From the NCBI GenBank assembly GCA_965248435.1, contig OZ252100.1:608001-672000 (forward strand): DNA of 64,000 nucleotides, read 5' to 3'. The notes below the pieces were generated by a model that saw only the letters and a program-made list of their open reading frames with translations, was not told the origin of the DNA and did no database searches. The stretch comes from Candidatus Latescibacterota bacterium (GTDB taxonomy: Bacteria > Latescibacterota > UBA2968 > GCA-2709665). A program made the translations under genes and the position numbers. Positions 59,941 to 64,000 of this stretch are shown piece by piece. Position 1 is the stretch's first letter, and each line of letters opens with the position of its first letter.

Positions 59941-60554
59941 CACAAGTAACTAAGAAGGAGGGGCACGTGATCTGGGAATTCGACAACCTGGAACGTATCG
60001 GCGGACACGCGGTGACTGTTATCGGAGCACCGCAGGTGATTGACACATCGGACGGAAAGGCGATCGAGTTCGACGGCGAGGATGACGGTATTCTGCTTCC
60101 CGTTCATCCTTTGGCCGGAATGGACCAGTTCACCGCAGAGGTGATCTTCAATCCCTATCCGAACGGCCGTAAGGCACAACGATTCTTCCACATGGAGGAG
60201 GCTGGTGAAACGGAGGACCGCGTGATGTTCGAAACACGGCTCACAGATGACGGGCTTTGGTTCCTGGACACTTACGCAAAGTCAGGAGAGAACAGCTATC
60301 CCCACCTGGCCGAGGATTATAAGCATCCACTCGGACCCTGGTGGCACGCGGCCATGGTGATGGACGGTTCTACATTCAGCCATTTCGTGAATGGGGAGCT
60401 CGAAATGTCTTCGCCAGTGATTTTTGGGCCCCAGGAACCAGGACAGACGTCGGTGGGTATGAGGCTAAATCAAGTCCACTGGTACAAGGGCGCGTTCCGT
60501 ATCGCCCGGTTCACGCCGGAGCCGCTGAAACCTGAAGCGTTCCTTGGGCATTGA
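59937..60554 (+). CDS. LamG/concanavalin-like domain protein
   Basis: AIEFDGEDD and WWHAAMVMDG...FVNG. Confidence 0.7.
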   Translation: MTQVTKKEGHVIWEFDNLERIGGHAVTVIGAPQVIDTSDGKAIEFDGEDDGILLPVHPLAGMDQFTAEVIFNPYPNGRKAQRFFHMEEAGETEDRVMFETRLTDDGLWFLDTYAKSGENSYPHLAEDYKHPLGPWWHAAMVMDGSTFSHFVNGELEMSSPVIFGPQEPGQTSVGMRLNQVHWYKGAFRIARFTPEPLKPEAFLGH

Positions 60555-60590
60555 ACGTCTAGTTCTACTCTGACCCGGACCAGGCCCCAA

Positions 60591-60974
60591 TCACGGCAGC
60601 GCCGACCAGATCGCCTTTCCCTGGGTGTCTGAGAGAACCAGCTCAGGACTCCCGTCCGGGCTCAGGTCGAATCTCGCGCGAACCCTTCCCGAACGATCCA
60701 GAAGGTTGACGCTGGGCGCGCCCTCCGCGCCCAGCCCCAGCGTGAAGCGCGTCTTCCCGTCTGCATCCATCATCGCCAGGCCGGGCTCTCCGTGAAGCCC
60801 CAGAACGAGCCTGGCTCTCGTACGGTTTTCGCTGTCCACGAGTCGGAGTTCCTCCGCGTGATAGGTCTTTGCCCTGACCTCTTCCCTCAGAACGAGCCAG
60901 CTTGTGAACGATCCGCCCACCAGCGCGGCACACACCATCAGCCCAACAAGAAGCCAGCGATCTTTACCGGTCAT
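60591..60974 (-). CDS. Membrane-anchored hypothetical protein with ~23-aa internal repeats
   Basis: N-terminal hydrophobic segment; repeated LxDxxGxxRxxLxLxxxGxP units; GAGG RBS. Confidence 0.7.
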   Translation of the reverse strand: MTGKDRWLLVGLMVCAALVGGSFTSWLVLREEVRAKTYHAEELRLVDSENRTRARLVLGLHGEPGLAMMDADGKTRFTLGLGAEGAPSVNLLDRSGRVRARFDLSPDGSPELVLSDTQGKAIWSALP

Positions 60975-60990
60975 TTCATCACCTCTTTGG

Positions 60991-61110
60991 AAATCCCCCT
61001 TAATCCCCTCCCCCGACTCGCGGGCTCGCTCGGGACAGGCTTTTCGAAGGGGGAAGGTTCGTCTCTTTTCTTACGGTACCCGGTACCCGAACCCCGGTAC
61101 CCGGACCAGC
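60991..61110. repeat. Nested palindromic repeat plus a GGTACCC heptamer array
   Basis: AAATCCCCCTTAATCCCCT...TTTTCGAAGGGGGAA interrupted by CCCGA...TCGGGACAGGC; GGTACCC-type heptamers at about 61075-61109. Confidence 0.55.
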
Positions 61111-62049
61111 GATTTTCCGAAAGCCCTGATTCAGTCGACGCATGTTCTGAATCGCGTTCAGCACGGCCTGAATCTGGTAATGATTGTTGTAGACCACTGC
61201 AACGTTGCTCGCCTTCTGACTCAACTCGATCTGCCCCTCCACCCGCTCCTCCATTTCCGATTCTGAGTAGAGGTAATCATACCGGGCATTCCGGGCCTCG
61301 ATCCGCGCCTTCGAGGTCGTCTGCTTCCCCTTGGGGTACCAGTTCTGAAGATTGCGGCCGCTGTAGCGGACATATCCCTTTTCCGTCGTCGCGTACGCCT
61401 TCAGGGGAAAGGCGTGTTTTACCGGCGGAATCTCCGTGTTACAGATCCCGATCCCGCTGTCCTTCAACGCCTGGAGCGGATACACATTGTGCCAGCTGTT
61501 GTGTCTGAACTCGATGTGTACATCCAGCTTCATCCTCACCGCTTCTGAAGCCACGGCCAGAAAATAGTCGAGCCGCTCCTGATTCCGAATCGTCCGATCC
61601 TCCAGCTGAATCAGAAAGCTGTAGAATCTCCCTGTCTCCACCAGGGGACTGACCGCCGTGATGTGATTGCGCATCAGCGCCTTGCCGGTTTCGACCTCCC
61701 AGCGCTTCGTATGCGAGATGTCCCGGTAGACTTTGACGACATATTTCGTGGCCGGCCCGCTCCTCCGCTCGATATCCACAAAATTCGTGACCATGGGTTC
61801 GCGGTAGAACGTGTTGTTGATCTCGACCAGGGGGAAGTACTTCTGGTAGAACCTGAGCCGGTCCTGATCGGCCCTCGCTTCATCCGAAAGGCCCGCCAGC
61901 CGCTTACCGGTAACCTTTGGCGGGTTGAACCGCCCGAGCCAGTCCTCGAAATAATAACCCGAGGTCCCGACGTAGAAACCGGTTCCGGTGATGTCGGGAG
62001 GAGGCTCGAGGGGCTTCCAGGATTCGGGTTCGGGTTTGAATAAATCCAT
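61000..62049 (-). CDS. DUF72-family protein
   Basis: VGTSGYYFEDW, VEINNTFY, EFRHNSW, YDYLYS and YNNH. Confidence 0.88.
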   Translation of the reverse strand: MDLFKPEPESWKPLEPPPDITGTGFYVGTSGYYFEDWLGRFNPPKVTGKRLAGLSDEARADQDRLRFYQKYFPLVEINNTFYREPMVTNFVDIERRSGPATKYVVKVYRDISHTKRWEVETGKALMRNHITAVSPLVETGRFYSFLIQLEDRTIRNQERLDYFLAVASEAVRMKLDVHIEFRHNSWHNVYPLQALKDSGIGICNTEIPPVKHAFPLKAYATTEKGYVRYSGRNLQNWYPKGKQTTSKARIEARNARYDYLYSESEMEERVEGQIELSQKASNVAVVYNNHYQIQAVLNAIQNMRRLNQGFRKIAGPGTGVRVPGTVRKETNLPPSKSLSRASPRVGGGD

Positions 62050-62076
62050 GAATGCCGTCGTTCGTGAATCGTCTCA

Positions 62077-62235
62077 GGTCGTGTCCTAAGGGACACGACC
62101 GACTCATCGTTCGCGGCGAGAAACAGGGCTTTGAACTTGTTCGGGCGATCACAAGGATCGCCCCTACGGTGATGCACCGACCCCTCTCCTGCGTGCGGGA
62201 GAGGGGTGCCGAGCGGCAGCGAGGCGGGGTGAGGG
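62077..62235. repeat. Cluster of three different REP-like palindromes
   Basis: GGTCGTGTCC-TAAG-GGACACGACC; GGGCGATC-ACAAG-GATCGCCC-CTAC; CCCCTCTCC-N8-GGAGAGGGG...GGGGTGAGGG. Confidence 0.7.
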
Positions 62236-62236
62236 C

Positions 62237-63433
62237 TCAGCGGTGATTCAAATGCGACGCACTCACGACCGTATCAAATCCCATCCGCTTCCGAATCTCC
62301 GTGATCGCCCCACTGACCTGCCTCTGTTTTTTCTCCCAGTCGGTCTCGAAAAGGCCCAGCTGGGCTTTCTCTTTTTTCGGCCGGGTCACCATCAGTTTCA
62401 TGGATTTGACGGCGACCCGCCTCTGATAAAGGTCCTTGAACAGCTTTGTCGCGACCTGAGAGAGGGTGAGGAAATCGTTCGTAGGAGAAACCCACGCAGC
62501 CGTCTTCTGCGCCGTCCTGTTGTCTGCATATCTCAACACAAACGTCATCCTGTTCGTCCACGCGGTGTTGACCTTCAGCTCGTGACAAAGTTTGTCGGCT
62601 GCGTAGCGGACGTTCTGAATCAAATGACCCAGGTCGTTGATGTCCCATTCCAGAACGTGCTCCGCGTGCAAAGCGTTTTTGGGGCCCACAGCAGTTTTTG
62701 TATCGACCCCGTTCGCCATACTGTATAACTTCTCGCCCTCCTTCCCGAACCGGGCGACCAGGGCGTCTTTCCCCAGGCGTTGAATCTGGCCGATGCGCTT
62801 GATCCCGTACTTCTTCAACTTCTCCCGGCACTGGCCAGACAGATCCGGCATCATGCGGGTGCTGAATTCAGTCAAAACGATCTCTTCCGCTTCCGTCTCA
62901 CAGGTCTGAATGCCGTCCGGTCTCGCCGTCTTCGCCAGGAGCCTGGCCAGGAGCCTGGACTGGGAAACGCCGATCGCGACCTCCTCCAGACCGATCTTGT
63001 AGTGGATCTCCCGTTTCATCTCTTCGGCAATCTGTCCGTCGGTCATGTGCCTCTGAACCGGTGTTTCGGAAAGGTTGACGAGACCATCGCCCCGTTCGCG
63101 CACCTCGTATTCCGGCGAGTAGTGACAGACGATCCAGGACAGCTCTTCGCAAACGGTCTTTTCCAAGGCCTCGTCACGGGGAACGACCTCGAGGCTCGGG
63201 TGCCGTTTTTGAGCGACGCGGACCGACATGCCCTGCTTGAGGCCGATGGCCTTCGCCCGCGTGGAACACGCCCAGATACCGCTTTTGTGGCTGTCGGTAT
63301 TCTGACGGACGACGACAAAAGGACGGTTCTGGAGAGACGGGGTGTAGGCCGAGATCGCCTGAGCCGGAAATTGATCGATGTCCAGGGCGAGGTATAAGGA
63401 CTCAGGCGGCGATTGTGGGTCGAATGTCTGCAT
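62237..63433 (-). CDS. Y-family polymerase homolog, probably catalytically inactive (ImuB-like)
   Basis: LDIDQF, AKAIGLKQGM and AIGVSQSRLLARL; the SIDE catalytic motif appears as RGDG; QLGLF clamp-binding motif near the C-terminus. Confidence 0.8.
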   Translation of the reverse strand: MQTFDPQSPPESLYLALDIDQFPAQAISAYTPSLQNRPFVVVRQNTDSHKSGIWACSTRAKAIGLKQGMSVRVAQKRHPSLEVVPRDEALEKTVCEELSWIVCHYSPEYEVRERGDGLVNLSETPVQRHMTDGQIAEEMKREIHYKIGLEEVAIGVSQSRLLARLLAKTARPDGIQTCETEAEEIVLTEFSTRMMPDLSGQCREKLKKYGIKRIGQIQRLGKDALVARFGKEGEKLYSMANGVDTKTAVGPKNALHAEHVLEWDINDLGHLIQNVRYAADKLCHELKVNTAWTNRMTFVLRYADNRTAQKTAAWVSPTNDFLTLSQVATKLFKDLYQRRVAVKSMKLMVTRPKKEKAQLGLFETDWEKKQRQVSGAITEIRKRMGFDTVVSASHLNHR

Positions 63434-64000
63434 AAGTGTAACTCACCTTGAAAGAGGTTTCGAGCCGCTTCGAGGCCAGGTCAAAATCTACGAGGTTGGG
63501 CGACCACGCGACCGACCGGATCGACTCGGCTTCGACGGAATAGGTTCCCCAATCCTCCGTCACCGTCCCCCAGATCTCGAAAGGCCCGGTTTCGACGAGG
63601 AGATCAGAAAACCGATGATAGATCCTGGGCCAGAAAATGATGTCCAGTGTCTCGGTTTTGTCCTCGAGCGTGAGAAACATCATCGGCTCGCCCGAATGGG
63701 CGACCGGGTGAACGCGTTCGGTGACCGGCCATCCGAACACCTTGATCTTCTTTCCCACATGATGATGTACCTGATTGGCCGGGACGGCATCTTTCGACGC
63801 GGGATGCAGGTCGAGAATGTCCAGAATGTCTCCGGACAGCATAAAGCCGAGCAAGTGGAGCTCGTTCAGGCACCTCTCCACGAGCGTATAATCGCTGAGC
63901 CCCGGATGGAGTTCCTGACGCCGATCATCGCACGGCAGCAGCATCGGCTGCTCGGGCCGCCGCTTGCCATATATGCCTTCCAGCAGATAGAGCGATTCGG
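63402..64000 (-). CDS. C-terminal part of a DNA polymerase III alpha-type (DnaE2-like) gene, truncated by the window edge
   Basis: ELHLLGF and MMFLTLEDKT OB-fold motif; overlaps the start of the ImuB-like gene. Confidence 0.75.
   Translation of the reverse strand, partial: ESLYLLEGIYGKRRPEQPMLLPCDDRRQELHPGLSDYTLVERCLNELHLLGFMLSGDILDILDLHPASKDAVPANQVHHHVGKKIKVFGWPVTERVHPVAHSGEPMMFLTLEDKTETLDIIFWPRIYHRFSDLLVETGPFEIWGTVTEDWGTYSVEAESIRSVAWSPNLVDFDLASKRLETSFKVSYTYADIRPTIAA

Noticed and set aside
57738-64000. Intact prophage or ICE at the tRNA
   Set aside because: No integrase, structural or conjugation genes, and no att duplication seen in the window.

Overview
A GC-rich bacterial chromosomal window, mostly housekeeping genes. 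The gene set (PorX-like regulator next to tsaE, long-form IspG, Nuo architecture) suggests an FCB-superphylum-like organism, but this is inference only. In order, it contains: the 3' end of a PqqD-containing locus; an 11-subunit complex I operon nuoABCDHIJKLMN with no nuoEFG and a frameshifted nuoJ; and a divergent suf operon (sufBCDSUT, Rrf2). The suf run continues into an orphan second nuoB, an nfuA-like gene, a radical SAM gene and a 112-aa protein, facing an ATP-grasp ligase. The radical SAM gene's apparent TGA stop is very likely selenocysteine (tail WYC-U-AEPTEEQFALT with a SECIS-like hairpin). Next come metabolic genes, an IS30 element, a KamA-family radical SAM, UPF0182-murQ, a ClpX-like ATPase, RqcH/NFACT and an HK-PorX-tsaE operon. 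The last part holds rpsU-cvpA-mutS2-ispG-dnaG-tRNA(CAT), a decayed AT-richer gene after the tRNA, and the end of a dnaE2-imuB-DUF72 cassette surrounded by small palindromic repeats. The best candidate for an uncharacterised system is the Cys-Sec-tailed radical SAM / small Cys protein / ATP-grasp module attached to the Fe-S biogenesis operon. All family calls are by eye from motifs; no searches were run.
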